This document shows positions 1-14,984 of a stretch of 64,000 nucleotides of DNA, piece after piece. The notes under the pieces are model-generated. The model was not told the origin of the DNA. It was given only the letters and a program-made list of their open reading frames with translations, and did no database searches. This stretch comes from Heptranchias perlo (lineage: Eukaryota), in NCBI RefSeq assembly GCF_035084215.1, contig NC_090340.1, positions 34,348,001 to 34,412,000 of the forward strand, given 5' to 3'. The position numbers were made by a program, and so were the translations under genes. Position 1 is the first letter of the stretch; each line of letters opens with the position of its first letter.

Positions 1-879
1 GAATGAAGAGAACTATGCTTAGTTTTTAACTGAGGAAATGTAATCCATGCTGAAAAATTATAACCTTTAAAAGCTGTAATTGATATCTCCTAAGGGAATT
101 TCCACAAAAAGTGAGATCCTGCTGTTTTTCTTTACATGAATGGGCTGGGGATGAGTTCCTAAATCCATAAATATGTGTAATATAATCTTGCATATGCAAG
201 CATTTCCTGTTCACAAATATTACTTCCTAGAACACTGGAAAAAATATACATTGTGTGTTCATTTTATGGTCACTGTTTGTCAATAAATTAAATCGATCAG
301 TGCGTTTTGGGGATAAAAAATGACTTTTTTGGAATAATTGAAGTATTTAATCTCAAATAAGTTTTCAACAAAAAAATCTAATTTACATATTTCATTGACA
401 TAATTTAAATATATTCATTGAATTGTTTTTGTGTCCTTTATTACCTTCATTAAACATTTCCTGAAAATGTAAATATTTTGCCCAGAGCGGTGGTGGTTTT
501 AATTGAAGGCAGGTCCTGCAGTCTGAGCATAAGATGCAGCAGTACCATTTAAAATAGCGAAATGGTAGAATGTTTCTCTCTGTTTCTAACAAACCGTTTG
601 ATGTAACGCCAGAGGACAAATTGTGTCTCTGTATCTGTCTGTCCCTCCCTCCCTCTCAGGCAATGTCTTTCCTCATCCTAACTAGAGTTCTGTTTTGTTT
701 ATAAAAAAAAACATGAGTTGAAATTTGAAACCAAATAAAGCCTCTCATTAGCTGAGTTTTGTTAAGTTACAAATTGTAAATAATTACTGACACACGAGAG
801 ATAGACAGACATACACTTCCAGGAACCAATCACACAACATCAAATTTAAAGTTTGCACAGTTCTCTTAGTTACAAACCA

Positions 880-1130
880 GTGCACCCAAATATAGGACAC
901 CCTTGCCCCACCCCAACAGTGCTGTCTAATCCATATCAGTGAGCCATGTCCCACATTCCATCCCCATGCTGCTACACCTCAGAAGCCCGAACACAGTGCT
1001 ACTAAACTGAAGAACCCCCACCCTAGTGCTACCATATCCCAAGACTACCCTTCAGTGTTGCCAAAGTGCTCGACTGCCAACAGTGCAGCTAAAGCCTACT
1101 CCCCTTAAGCACTAATGCTAAATAACAGAT
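880..1130. repeat. Highly degenerate tandem repeat (recurring ccc..cagtgct core)
   Basis: A cagtgc(t) core preceded by C-rich runs recurs about every 35-60 bp. Confidence 0.4.
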
Positions 1131-2645
1131 CTGTAACTCCAACTTGTACATCTTCCATACCATCTTGCTGTGTATTCTTAGCTTTAACACTGGTAAGGCA
1201 TAAAAAATGATAAATATGTAAAAGAATATACATTAGTCAATCTCCCATGGTGTTGCACGTGGGCAGTTAAGATCAAATGCAGTATTCAAGTCAAGTAGGG
1301 CCGGAAGGTGAAGGAACATGGAGGAATAATTGAATTGGACCACAAATGGGGAGGGGGAAGGAAGCAGTTAGGATGGTGGAGAAAGGACAGCGGAGAGGGA
1401 GAAAGGTAAAGAGGGTTGAAAAGAGATGGGGAGAGGAAGGAGGGACAGGGGAGGAGGAGGAGGTAGGTAAAGGAGGCTGGAAGGAGGTAATGAAGCTGAT
1501 CTGTTGAGTGGTGTGTTACATTGTATATTGCTTGAATGATGTTCAGGTAGAAAGTTGGGTGGGGGGGGGGCGGTTTAGGGCTAAGAGGGTTAGTCTACTT
1601 TGCCCAGATGATGCTACGTAGGGGTGGGGGGGGCTGTATTAAGATGTTCAATTGATGGGGGTTGCAGGGTTCTAACTTACAAAGGAATTGTGGTTGGGAG
1701 GAAGGAATTGCCAAATCAAGCTGATATTCAGTTGGGGGAGGGGGAGGGTTTGCTCCTCTGAGGAGGTAGCTTACATTCAACAAGTTGCTTGATGTGGGAG
1801 ATGAAGGAGGTTGCTTTGGGTCATTGGAAAGATACTCATTGTGGGGGGAGCTTGTGGAATTGTTCATCTGTGTGTTTGTGGTCCGGATTTGATAAAAATG
1901 AGCAAAGCAGGATGCTTTATTGTCTCATCAGCAATGGTGGTTAAAAAATTAATTGTCAGGGATATTGGCTAAATCACCTTTTGTTTGAAAATAGATATCC
2001 ACTTTATTGAACAGCATGTAGTTAGGGAGAGTGACTGTGGAACTGGCTTCAGGACCATGTTTTCTCAAAACTATGGTAACAATCACGAAACGACTCTCCT
2101 GATGCTGACTTAAGTATGAAATGCCGATTAATTCTTGGTGGACATTGTACATAAATAAATATACAATGTATTGATAATTAGTGGTTCCAAATAATAATAT
2201 GCATGTTCTCTAAACCAATCACTGTTCCCCGTGTACAAATGCTTGTCTTTTTAAAAAAAATATAAGTAACTAGCAGTAATTGTTTTGAAATGTGACCTTT
2301 TGAAAGCAGAATAAGGATTGAAATATTAAACTGTGTTCATAGGAACATTTCTTGGAACGTATGGAAAGTTGAAATTGCCTACATTTAGTTGATTTGTAAG
2401 GCAAGAAGAGCCTTTTTGCAGTGTTAAGCTTATGGAGAATTGCAATGTAAAGAATCTCGCTTACCATAAAAGAGGAGGGGGAAGAATACAATCATGTTGA
2501 GGTTGGGTGAAGGACTAAGTGAAGCCATAAAGCGCAATATCTTTTCTGCATTTATTCCTGTAAGTAGTAAGCTCTAGTGATAATGGAATCAGAAAATACC
2601 CAAGCTCTATCATGGGATAGCAGCTACATGTACCAGCACTTACCA

Positions 2646-3330
2646 TAGAACCATGGACTCAACAGCATGAAAGGAGGCTGTTTGGCTCATTATGTCTGTG
2701 CCAGTTCTTTGCTAGAGCAATCTAAAATGAATCCTACTGTCCCACTCTCTCATCCTGTATCTTCCTCTGATTCAAATATTACTGCAGTTTTTCTCTAAAG
2801 ATTCAATGGTCTCTGCCTCAACCACTTCCTGTGGCAAAGCATTTCATTCTCCAACAGCCCCCAGCATAAAGAAATTTCTCCTAACCCCTCTCCTCACTCT
2901 CAGTAATAATTTTAAATTGGTGACCCCATGTCACTGACACCCCAAATAGAAGAAATGGTCTTTCCCTATTAAATCTATTACATTCTTTTTATCATTTTAA
3001 CATTCTCTATTAAATCTCCTCCTAACCATCTCTAATCCAGTGGAATTAGTCCCAGTATCTCAAGTCTCCCCTTATAACTATAGTTTTCCATCCCTGGCAT
3101 CATCCTAGTGAAACTACACTGTTTTAATGTCCTTTCTATAATGGGACATCCAAAATGTTATAAGTACTCTTAAGTGTGAGCTAATAAATGTTTTACATAA
3201 ATTCATTATTACTTCTTTACTCCTATATGCCCCTATTTGTGAAACTTAAAATTCTATTGGACTTTTTTATGGTTTTATCTACCCACATCGTGCTTCATGA
3301 AATTGTGTATTTGAACCTGTAGGTGCTCTA
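2646..3330 (-). mobile_element. Old CR1 LINE 3' fragment
   Basis: Reverse-strand CR1 3' end similar to the younger copies at 9985-10447 and 13410-14595; no open frame. Confidence 0.7.
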
Positions 3331-3399
3331 TTCATCCACTGTCCAGTGTCTTTTCATTAAGGGTATACTCATGTTCCTTGCTTTATCTCCCACAATGTA

Positions 3400-4940
3400 T
3401 TGCCTCATAATTAGCCACATTAATTTGGATCTGCCCATTCTGCTACCCTGTCTGTTTTCCTGAATCCATAATTCGAGATAAAATTCATGAGCATTTTGAA
3501 ATGTACGGGTTAATCTTTTACTGCTCTATTTACTGTTTGCCAAACCTCCTACTTTTGTTTTGTCAACCGATTTCAAGATTGTGTTCCCTTCACCCAAGTT
3601 CATACCAAGAGCAAAAGTGGACCCAGCACTGACCCCTGGGTACACCACTTCCACCCCTTCTCCTGTCCAAGTAACACCCACTTGCCCTGAGACTTTGTTT
3701 ACTGTGTATCAACTAGCTTTCTATCTGTGCTGCTACATGTCCCTTTTTATTTCATATGCCTAAACAAGCATATGATACAAGCAGCAATGTGGATAGAAGG
3801 TCGGTTAATGGACAGGGAACAAGCTTCTTGTAAGGCACCTTATGGTTTTCAGAAGGCATTCCATATTCACTATACCTTCTGCATTGCCTTTAATTAGTCA
3901 CTCCTTCAAAAAAACAAGGACGCCTTGCCTTTAACAAATCTATGCTGGCTGTTCTTGATTAATCCGTACGTTTCAAAACGCTCATGAATTTTATCTCGAA
4001 TTATGGATTCTGAATTTGCCAAAAATTGATGACTAATTGGTCGATAGTTACCAGATTTGGCCTTCTCTTCCTTCTTGAATAAGAGTGATGCATTGATTAC
4101 TCTCCAGTCCAACTGCATAATTTACATATTTAAGGAGGAAAAAAATTGTGGCCAGATCCTTGATTATCTGCCCTCTTGCCTTTCAGTAGCCAAGGGTACG
4201 TGCCATTAGGGCCTGTGATTTATCCTTCTTGAGTTCTGTTAATTTTTTTTCAGAACCAATTCCTTTTCCACAGTTCTATTAATTGTTTCATATTCTCTGG
4301 TACACTACTTTTTCACTTCTACCATCATTTATAAAAACTCATGAAAAATATTTATTTAATATCTGTGCCATACTTTCATTCTCCACATTTAGACTCCCTC
4401 CTTCATCTGAGTAGTTCTACCCTCTCATTAACAATTCTTTTACTTTTTATATACTTATAAAAGCCCATACTATTTCCTGTTGTGTTATCCGTTAGCTCTC
4501 TTTCATATTCTCTTTTAGCTCCTCTGAATCTCCCTTTTCACCTCCCCTCCTACATTTCCTGTATTCCTCAAGATTATTTTTAGTTTTTTAGCCCTAAATT
4601 TATCATCTGCCTCCCTTTTTAAGTTTGTTTTGATCTGTCTCTTTATCCACAGACCTCTACACTTTACATCCCCTTTTTGTTTTATAGAAACATATTTATT
4701 TTGTACACTGCATCACATTTTTTCCACTGCTTTTTGACCTGTTTGCCAACGTTTCTGCCCAGTTAATTTGGGACAGATCCCCTTTTATCTCATTGAACTT
4801 TGCCTTTTTCCAGTTCAGCACCTTTATCTTTAACTCTTAATTATCTTTTTCTGTTCTGACAAGGAGCCTAAGTATGTTATAGTCACTATTTCCCAATTGT
4901 TCTCCTAATCTCATCACTTATTTGCCTAACTTCATTTTCC
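3400..4940 (-). mobile_element. Degenerate CR1 LINE ORF2 (RT region)
   Basis: Minus ORF 3906-4118 DWRVINASLLFKK..GNYRPIS..IKNSQHRFVKGK resembles the CR1 RT N-terminal motifs. Confidence 0.75.
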
Positions 4941-4989
4941 AGAACTTTGTTGTCACATAATTTATATAACTTTTATATTTAAAAAAAGG

Positions 4990-5595
4990 CCATAAAATGC
5001 AAACAAAGCACTGGGGTTCATTTCTAGAGGAATAGATTTGAAAAGCAGAGAAATTATGTTAAACTTAAATATAACCTTGGTTAGACCAGAGTTGGAGTAC
5101 TGTGCACAGTTCTGGTCTCCATATTACAAAAAGGATATAGAGGCACTAGAGAACGTGCAAAAAAGATTTACAAAGATGAGGCCAGAACTGAAGAGGTTAT
5201 AACTATCAGGAAAGACTCAACAGGCTGGGGAAAGAGAAGGCTGAGGGGTGACCTAATAGAGTTCTTTAAAATTATGAAGGGGTTTGATAGGGTAGGCCTG
5301 GAGTAGATGTTTCTACTTATGGGGAAGTCCAAAACTATAAGATAGTCAGTAATAAATCCAGTAAGGAATTCAGAAGAAACTTCTTTACCCAGAGAGTGGT
5401 TAGAATGTGGATCTTGCTACCACATGGAGTATTTGAGGCAAATAGCATAGATATGTTTAAGAGGAAGCTAGATAAGTACATGAGGGAGAAAGGAATAGAA
5501 GGATATGCAGATAGTGTTAGATGAAGTAGAGTGGGAGGAGACTCGTCTGGGTTGGGCTGAATAGCCTATTTCTGTGCTGTAAATTCTGTGTAATT
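4990..5595 (+). mobile_element. CR1 LINE 3' fragment
   Basis: ttggttagaccagagttggagtactgtgcacagttctggtctcca (LVRPELEYCAQFWSP), RLRGDLIE motif and 3' tail. Confidence 0.85.
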
Positions 5596-6257
5596 AATGG
5601 ACTTCAGGTTATGTCCTAAAATCAGTTTGTAAAATTTTAATTATACTAAATATTGTGTTATTGTCTTCAATTTCTGTGCTGTGTTTTTTATATAATTCAG
5701 TTAAACTTGTTTATAATGAACATCTATGAGATAGACTTCAAATGATCTTTCTGGGCAAGTGATTTCCTAATTCAGGTTCAGATCTCATTTGTTAATCTTT
5801 AGTTAGATTAATATGAGGTCTGCGTAAGCAATTCGCCTCTTCACCTAGACAGACAATTTAAGTTTTGCAATAAGATTCTTGTGTACCATTAGTATAAGTC
5901 CAAATAAACTGTCCTACAGAAACATTACATAGTTGGCTATTAAACATAAAGTCAGCTTTTGTGAAAAAAAAATTGAGTACCAGGCAAATTTACTGCCAAA
6001 AATTTTGTGTGCAATGTTTGTCTGTATATACACACAATCTACTCATAATTTGAAATTGCTTAATTGTGCCTCTGCTGTTCAAATGACTGGGTAATTCAAA
6101 TATTTTGAGGAAAAAATTACTTTTGAATTAACAAGAGTAAGCTGTACGTAAATATTTACACTCCAGGTCCTTGTCGTGTGCAGCAATTGGGGTTGATTTG
6201 AATTCATATTGCAAGAATTTGTGACATAAATGCATGATACTGTCTTTTGAGTCTTAA

Positions 6258-6428
<171 letters not shown>

Positions 6429-6788
6429 TAAAAATAAAACCTGCGTTAAACATTTATAATTTTGGGATTTCTGTGCTTGTACATTAGTATATACCCTGAA
6501 TTTATAAACATACTGAAATTCTTGAGGCAAAAAGTTATTTTCTCTTTGACTTTGGCATTGAGTGTCTCATGACGTTCTTAGTTCTATTGGGGTATACACA
6601 AAACATATCTATATGTTTCCACTCTATATGGCTTTCCAGAGCTGCATATCTGTAAATGTGAGTCTGTATAAATTTAGTGACTAAACCTCAGACTGTAAAA
6701 GCCACAGTTTTTTTTTAGAACAAGTGTTTTTTGCTAGACATTTTAAGTACAAGATGAATGTGATAAACCTTGTTTGTTTTTCAAACAG

Positions 6789-6885
6789 AGCAGCATTTCT
6801 TAACGGAACTTGAGGAACTGGGTGTGCTTTCTTTCACACCAGCTAGAACTGTGTGTGGAGTAAGAATTGCATCTCATGATGACAG
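6789..6885 (+). CDS. N4BP1: N4BP1 coding exon ([33 protein letters not shown])
   Basis: aaacAG/GTaaa; 97 bp; phase compatible with the previous exon; contains the conserved acidic SHDD motif. Confidence 0.95.
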
Positions 6886-8396
6886 GTAAAATGATGTACC
6901 TAGTACACCTTCATTGTGTTCTTTACTCTAGACCAATGCTAATGGCTTATGAACTCTGATACTTTGATTATTTCCTGATATGTACGTTTTCTTTAATTGT
7001 ATTTTTTTTAATTGAAGTACTGCTCAATGAACGTTTATTCCTAATTTAAAGTTACTTTTGCTGTAAAATTCTGTAAAAGCTGTTTACAGTGTTAGTTATA
7101 TAGTTATACAGCAGTTATACTGACTATAATCTTTGCTTCAGATGGTAGGACTCCAATTGCAATAAAATGGGTCAAATACAACACATTTTTTTAAAATTAC
7201 TTTTTCATTCAAGTTCCCACTGAGAAAAGTGTTTGTTTTTCTCCTGCCCCCCTGTTGAGTAAAATGCTACATTTTGTTGTGAAAATTATTGCCCACAATG
7301 TTCTGCAATTAACTTGAGCATATACTTATTGAGTCTGCCATGCAGTGCAATTGGTTTATATGTGGGCATTGCAGTCTTGAAAAGAATCAAGTAAGAGATA
7401 CTGTAAATCCAAGGCAAACAATGTGAAAATTATGAGAAACCGTAAAACAAATGGATTGAAACAGACCAGTAAGAGAACAATTTGGGATGAATGAGAAACT
7501 GCAAAGGAAGGAAAGAAAAAAAAATGTAAATGAAGAAACATAAAACTTAGCACGTTCCCTATTTTCTGAAGACATGTATAGGTTATTTGATCATCGGTAT
7601 TTATTGATTTGAAAAGAACAGATGAGACTGCTGGCTCTTCAATCAGTTGAAGACTGAATGATGAATCAGAAACCTATGTTGGATGTCTTTTTTAAATGTA
7701 ATAAAAGGCTAACGTTGTAGTGGATGGAGTTATAGTCAGCACAAAGAAAAACTATTGCAACGTCGACTTGAAAGACGTCTGCCTGGCAGCATTGTACTGG
7801 CATGAGGAAAGTTGTGATGGAATACAAAAAAGTACCGCAGTGGTATAAGGTGCTACCTTTTCCTTGACCCACCTCTAATTTGTGAAACAATTCTAATAGT
7901 ATAGAAGGGCTAGGATTGCTAATATGATACAGTAATGTGATCTATTCCATTTAAGCCTTAACTAGTAAATGGCTGAGCTTGGCCCATGTTTTCACAGTAT
8001 GCCTAATCCCAGTTTATCATATACATTTCATATGAATATAATTTGAATTCATAAAGTGCCTTTAACATAGCAAAATATCCCAAGAAAAACTGGCCAAGGG
8101 CAGATGACCAAAAGCTTGTAATTTAAGGATGGGTATGATGGGGAAAAGACCTTAGTGTGGGATATGATATGGGCAGCAGAGTTTTGGATGGGCTTGTTCA
8201 TAGGATATTCAAGCCTGAGATGGTGACAAAAGAGAATGAAAGCTAGGGAATAGCGATGGGTTCAAATTATGGATTGGGGGAGTGAAAAACCGGAGAGGTA
8301 TATTGAAGCACTTTCCACCCCCAGTACCTCACAACTGTAGTTGACAGTCTATTCTAATATTTCCAAACGATTTTGACATACAATTCCCCGTTGCAG

Positions 8397-8504
8397 GTTT
8401 TTGTTGCATCTTGCTGAGAAAACAGGAGGGATTATTGTCACTAATGACAACCTGAAAGAATTTGTGTATGAAACTTCAGCCTGGAAATCAATAATTCAAG
8501 ACAG
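8397..8504 (+). CDS. N4BP1: N4BP1 coding exon ([36 protein letters not shown])
   Basis: ttgcAG/GTaacc; 108 bp; GGIIVTNDN catalytic motif of NYN/PIN RNases. Confidence 0.95.
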
Positions 8505-9984
8505 GTAACCATATGCCAGTCTTATTCTTTCAACCATATACATTTAGCATACTGTTCACACATGATGTGCCATGAAGTAATGACTGTTTATGTATGGTTT
8601 AAGTTAGGGCAGGTCCTGGGATCAGGGATCACAGTGAGAGGCATCGTGGGATTTGGGGGCAATGGGAAGGCAGTTTAGAGATCTGGGATCATGGGGGGGG
8701 GGGTGGTTATGAGTTCAGGGAACACTGGGAATATGGTATAGGAGTTTGATTACTAAGAGGGCAAGTCTCAGGAGATGGTCCTGGTGTCCAGCAGGACTGG
8801 GGAGGGGATTTTGGAACATTGGGAGGGGCTAGTGTCTGGCGGTATTGATTGGGGTTGCTGGGGTCTGATAGCACTGGGTGGAGCAAGGCCTAACCGCCTT
8901 GTAGATGGGGGTGGCAGAAGAATGGGACCCAAATTGCAGTTGGCCACTTTCCAACTACCAGACCCCAACCCCCTCTCCCCCTATATTCCCACTTGTCCTT
9001 CCTCCAATCCATCCACTGTTCTCTTTGCACCCTAGGTTGCCCCACCCATTACTTTTCCCATTCTCAGCCAGTCCCTGTCATCGTGTTCCTGTCCATTTAA
9101 GCATAAACGTTCTGCTTAAAATGACTGGATGGTAAATTATGGGCTTGGTTGTGTAATTTCCTGATGTGCACTCCAGACATGTGCCAGGAGTACAGAAGTG
9201 GGCAACTTAGTGCACTCTTGGTGAGGTTGCTGACTTTTGCAGTCATTAATAGACAAATTTCCACGAAAAAATTACTTCAAAGTGCTCAAAAATTCATCAT
9301 TTATATAGTTTTATATATGGAAAAATTCCTTATGCCTCAAAAATAGTCTAGAAGAGATTTAACTGAAGTGACTAAAATATTACATTCTAAATTAACAATC
9401 TCTTTACAGCTGTTGTCTGTGTGAGCATTTAATTTATTTTTTAAAATTGCTAATATATTTAAATAAATGCCAGACTTGCTTGAAGTAGCGCATTGAGAAT
9501 TTGATTTCATGTTTCTTTCAAAGTCTTAGAAAAGGCAAATAAACTTTCAAATCCTCACTAGATGAGAGAAATGCCTTTCTACCCTTCAACTCGTGTTGAT
9601 GCACAAATTGCAAACTGGACAAACTCAGAATGTACAGATGACAGGCCTTTTGAATGATTTGCTTCACTCATCAAAAAACCTTGACAATGAAGGAAACATC
9701 TTTTGGATAGGGTTTTTCCATTATAAATATTATACTGATTTTCAATATTAAATGTTGACTTAAAAAGCGTGACTCAAAATTGTGACATTAAGTAAGGTTT
9801 GTTGTCAAGAAGTCTATGCCATATGCAAGATTTTTAATATAATAGATTTTTCCCATTTATTCCTTCTAATGTTGTGATATGGTTCCATGGGTGGCATTCC
9901 TTGGGCATCTTACTAAAATGGCCATTCTTCATGTTTGAGCTTAGATGATATTAGTTGGCTGTTTATCCATGGAGGGCTGCATTA

Positions 9985-10447
9985 GGAACATAGGAACAGG
10001 AGTCGGCCATTCAGCCCCTCGTGCCTGCTCTGCCATTTGATAAGATCATGGCTGATCTGTGATCTAGCTCCATATACCTGCCTTTGGCCCATATCCCTTA
10101 GATAGCTTTGTGGCAACCAAAAGGTATTATCTCACATTTAAATTTAGCAATTGAGCTAGTATCAATTGCCATTTGCGGAAGAGAGTTCCAAATTTCTACC
10201 ACCCTTTGTGTGTAGAATGTTTTCTAATCTCACTCCTGAAAGGTCTGGCTCTAATTTTTAGACTGTGCCCCCTACTCCTAGAATCCCCAACCAGCGGAAA
10301 TAGTTTCTCTCCATCCACCCTATCCATTCCCCTTAATATCTTATAAATTTTGATCAGATCACCCCGTAACCTTCTAAACTCTAGAGAATACAACCCCAAT
10401 TTGTGTAATCTCTCCTCTTAACTTAACCCTTGAAGTCCGGGTATCAT
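9985..10447 (-). mobile_element. Young CR1 LINE 3' end
   Basis: ORF 10196-10399 GLYSLEFRRLRGDLIKIYKILRGMDRVD; taggaacataggaac tail; splits a SINE (about 9880-9980 and 10450-10640). Confidence 0.9.
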
Positions 10448-11308
10448 TTGCCACAGGACCTGACCATACAAATGCACCTTCCAGCAGGAGTGACTGGATA
10501 ATGACTGAGAGCAGTACACTGCCTATGCTTTTATTTTCTCCCTCCCAAGCCCGAGGCCACTGGTCCCAATTGTAGTGCACCCACCATTGCCTAGCTGAGA
10601 TTATATAATTCCTGCACACCATCATAACCTGAATAACTCAGTACAACAACAACTTGCATTAAATAGTACCAGACTAAATGGTGCATTTACTTATTTAAAC
10701 AATCGAGGAATTCCATTTTTTGTCTCTTTATAATTGACATCAATAAAAACTGGAGTGTCGTTTGTATGCTTGGATGAAACCCAGTAGAATGCTATAATGT
10801 TGGAGGATTAACTTCTTATTGAATATGAGGCTACTCTAATACCTGGAACATAATCTGGTGATGCAGATCTGTGCTGTTGAAATGCTGAACAGACTACATA
10901 CATTGTTCATGCATCCAGTTTGTACTTTAATGTTACATCTTTAATAGTTCTAATTATAGAGTTTTTGAGTCTTAGTTTGCAAAACTGCATTATGATACAT
11001 ATTTTTTCACTTAGTGATAGTGACAAATTCAGATTCCCCAATTTAGCAAATTATCTGATTGGATGGAAATTAGTGCTGAAGTCCACCAGTCCTAGATGTG
11101 AAGTTTTGATCTGTTTTGAGTTCCAATTTAAGCAAGCAATTGATATCTGATTCATTTGAGTGATGAGAGCAAACAAAAACACCTCCAGTTTTGGGGGAAG
11201 AAATGAGCAATTATTTTACAGAAATTTACCTGGACATATTCTCATAGTGATTTTTTAAAAATACTCATTTGCCTTGCTTTGGGCAAGTTGTAAACTTTTT
11301 ATTTCTGA

Positions 11309-11895
<587 letters not shown>

Positions 11896-12244
11896 AATAT
11901 GGAGTTGCCATCCATTTTTATACTCCTCTATATTTGCTATTTATTTTCAGGTCAATTAGTATTTGGGATCTAGGTAGGCCCTGGTATAGTGTGGAACGTG
12001 TAGAGGTTGGCAATACCATTAAAACTTTGGGTCATTAGGAGCCAATATAGCTCAGCAAGTGAACTGTTAGCTACAAAGTGCTTTGGAATGTCCTGAACAT
12101 GCTATATTAATACAAATTATATATTTTTTGTTAAATTCTGCAACCTGAATATTCACCACCTCTGTGATAGCTGAAGCAAAGTAATTATTTTGTATTTTAG
12201 TACTTCAGTATTTAATTATCTACATCCTCTCACTCTCAACTACA

Positions 12245-12460
12245 CTTTCCACTGTGAGCCGGCAGTTTGTGGTGTCGATGGTAGTCATGATGTGGAGATG
12301 CCGGTGATGGACTGGGGTTGACAATTGTAAACAATTTACCTGAGGAAGGAGGAAGTCTCCGAAAGCTTGTGAATTTAAAATAAAATTGCTGGACTATAAC
12401 TTGGTGTTGTAAAATTGTTTACAATTGTCAACCCCAGTCCATCACCGGCATCTCCACATC
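12245..12460. mobile_element. Miniature Penelope-like element: inverted-repeat pLTR fragment with 10-bp TSD
   Basis: Homologous to 52764-52930 of the long PLE; perfect 49-bp inverted repeat 12289-12337/12412-12460; ctcaactaca at 12235-12244 and 12460-12469. Confidence 0.9.
12333..12375 (+). ncRNA. Minimal type I hammerhead ribozyme motif
   Basis: aatttac-CTGAGGA-a-ggag(gaagt)ctcc-GAAA-gc-TT-gtgaatt: stem I, CUGANGA core, stem II, GAAA, palindromic AAGCTT in place of helix III. Confidence 0.7.
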
Positions 12461-13409
12461 TCAACTACAAACTTTCCTCCTTTTAGCATCCCAGCTCGAA
12501 CCTTGACCATCCTTGTGTTACTCATGTGCTTATATAAAGTGTTTTTATTCCCCTTTTATATTTTTTGGCCACTTTTCTCTCATGCTTCCTTTCAGCCTTT
12601 CTAATCTCCCTTTTTGTAACTTTCCTATATTCTTTAAATTTGTTCAGGATTTCTTATTTTTAATCTATCTACCTTGTAAGTGCTAAGTACTTTCTATTGA
12701 GTTTAATATCTAATTTACCTATTCATCTATGAAACCTCTGCTTTCAATTCATTCCCTTTTCTTCTTACGGGGATATACTTGATTTGTACCTTTTTCATCT
12801 CATGTTTAAGTATTTCCTATTGCCGATCTATGGTTCTATTTGCCAATTTTTTTTCTTCCATTTAATCTAGGAAAGATTCATTTTTATCTCGGTATATTTT
12901 GCTTCATTCTAATCAAGTACTCTTGTCAAGTTTTTTCCTGTTCTACTCTTGCATTAATCCCAATCATATATTGTGCTTACTTTTCCCAAATGTTTCCTAC
13001 TCTCGGTCACCACCTTACTCTGCTTCATTTCCCTGCATCAGGTCAAATAGAGCTTCCTCCCTTCTTGGACCAGCAACATATTGGTGGAGGAAACTGACTT
13101 GAAAATGCTGCAAAAAACCTCTTTCTCACCACAAATATTTCCACATCCCAGTCTATTTTTGGTTAATGTAAACCTTACAATTATGATTTTGTTAATGCAC
13201 ATCTTTCTAATCGGGTCTATAAATTTCATCCTCAAATTTCCTTCCTCTGATCGATGGTCTAGAATATACTGTGAGTAATGTGAATGATTCCTTGCTGTTA
13301 ATTTGCTCAATCCAAAGAGATTCTGTTTGGAACACTTCTCTATTTAAATCTAATGCTACGATATTATTACTGCTACCCCTGTTCCTTTTCTTTCTCCCAA
13401 TCACTCCTC

Positions 13410-14595
13410 ATAGAATCATAGAATGATACAGCACAGAAGCATGCCTTTCAACCATCGTGCCTGTTCCGGCTCTTTGAAAGAGCTATCCAATCAGTCCCAT
13501 TTCACCTGCCCTTTCCCCATAGACATGCAGATTTTTCCCCTTAAAGTATTCATCTAATTCCCTTTTGAAAGTTATTATTGAATCTGCTTCCACCACTCTT
13601 TCAGGCAGTGCATTCCAGATAATATCAACACTCTGCGTTTTTTTTTAAAAATTCAAAAAAATATCAAAATCAATCATTATTTTGAGCATAAGAAATAGGA
13701 GCAAGAGTAGATCACATGGCCCATTGATCCTGCTCCACCATTCAATAAGATCATGGCTGATCTACCTCAACTCCATTTTCCCCACCCTATCCCCATATCC
13801 CTTGATTCCCTTAGTGTCCAAAAAGAAATCTCCCACGTCTATTAAATCTCCCCTTAATCTTCTCTGCTCTAAGGAGAACAACCTCAGCTTCCCTAGTCTG
13901 TCCACGTAACTGAAAACCTGCATTCCTGGTACCATTTTAGTAAATCTCCTCTGCACCGTCTCGAAGGCCTTGATATCCTTCCTAAAGTGTGGTACCCAGA
14001 ATTGGACCCAATACTCCAACTCGGGCCTAACCAGTGATTTATAAAAGTTTAGCATAGCTTCCTTGCTTTTGTATTCTATGCCTCTTTTTATAAAGCCAAG
14101 GATTTTTAACAGCCCTCTCAACTTATCCTGCCACCTTCAAAGATTTGTGTACGTACACCCCCAAGTCTCTCTGTTCCTGCACCCCGTTTAAAATTGTACC
14201 ACTTAGTTTATATTGCCTCTCCTCATTCTTCCTACCACAATGAATCACTTCACACTTCTCTGCCTTAAATTGAATCTGCCATGTGTCTGCCCATTTGACC
14301 AGTCTGTCTATGTCCTCCTCGCAGTTTACTACATTTCCAAGTTTCGTATCATCTACAAACTTTGAAATACTCAAGTCCGGGTCATTAATATATACCAAAA
14401 AGAGCAATGGTCCTAATACTGACCTCTGGGGGACATCACTGCATACTTCTCTCCAATCTGAAAAATAACCATTCACCACAATTCTCTGCTTTCTGCTCTT
14501 AGCCCATTTCGTATCCACTCTGCCACTGCCCCTTTAATTCCATGGGCTTCAATTTTGCTAACAAGTCTGTTATGTGGTATTTTATCAAACACTTT
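13410..14595 (-). mobile_element. CR1 LINE, 5'-truncated (RT C-terminal half plus tail), with a second CR1 tail nested at about 13685-13830
   Basis: ORFs 14123-14518 (VPQRSVLGPLLFLVYIND, KFVDDTKL) and 13762-14121 (LVRPELEYWVQFW); catagaatcatagaat tail. Confidence 0.9.
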
Positions 14596-14984
14596 GAAAG
14601 TTTTATTCCCAAGAATATATAATTGGCAATCCTGACCAGGCTGCAGTCACATTTACTGCTATTACGTCATGATTTTTTATTTTAGTTCTCCATCATTATA
14701 TCTTATACCATTGCATTGATGTATATTCACTTTAGTTTGAATTTCCTTGGTATGGCAGCTTTGTCTCAATGCCCCAAGATTCTGAATACATCTTGTAATG
14801 GTACACTTACCTCCCTAATCTTGCTGCTCCTAATTCTGCTGGTGCATAGAACTGGTAGTGATCCTGAGATTACTAATTTTTGAGGTTGTGCTTCTAAAAC
14901 TGCTCCCTAACTCCTGGAATTCTTTTTCCCTATTCTTCTGTACGTTGTTTGTTGTGACATAAAACATCAATTGGTACTACTTGG

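Noticed and set aside
8600-9280. G-rich then C-rich intronic tract with short ORFs
   Set aside because: Low complexity; no clear TIR pair or real inverted repeat could be established.
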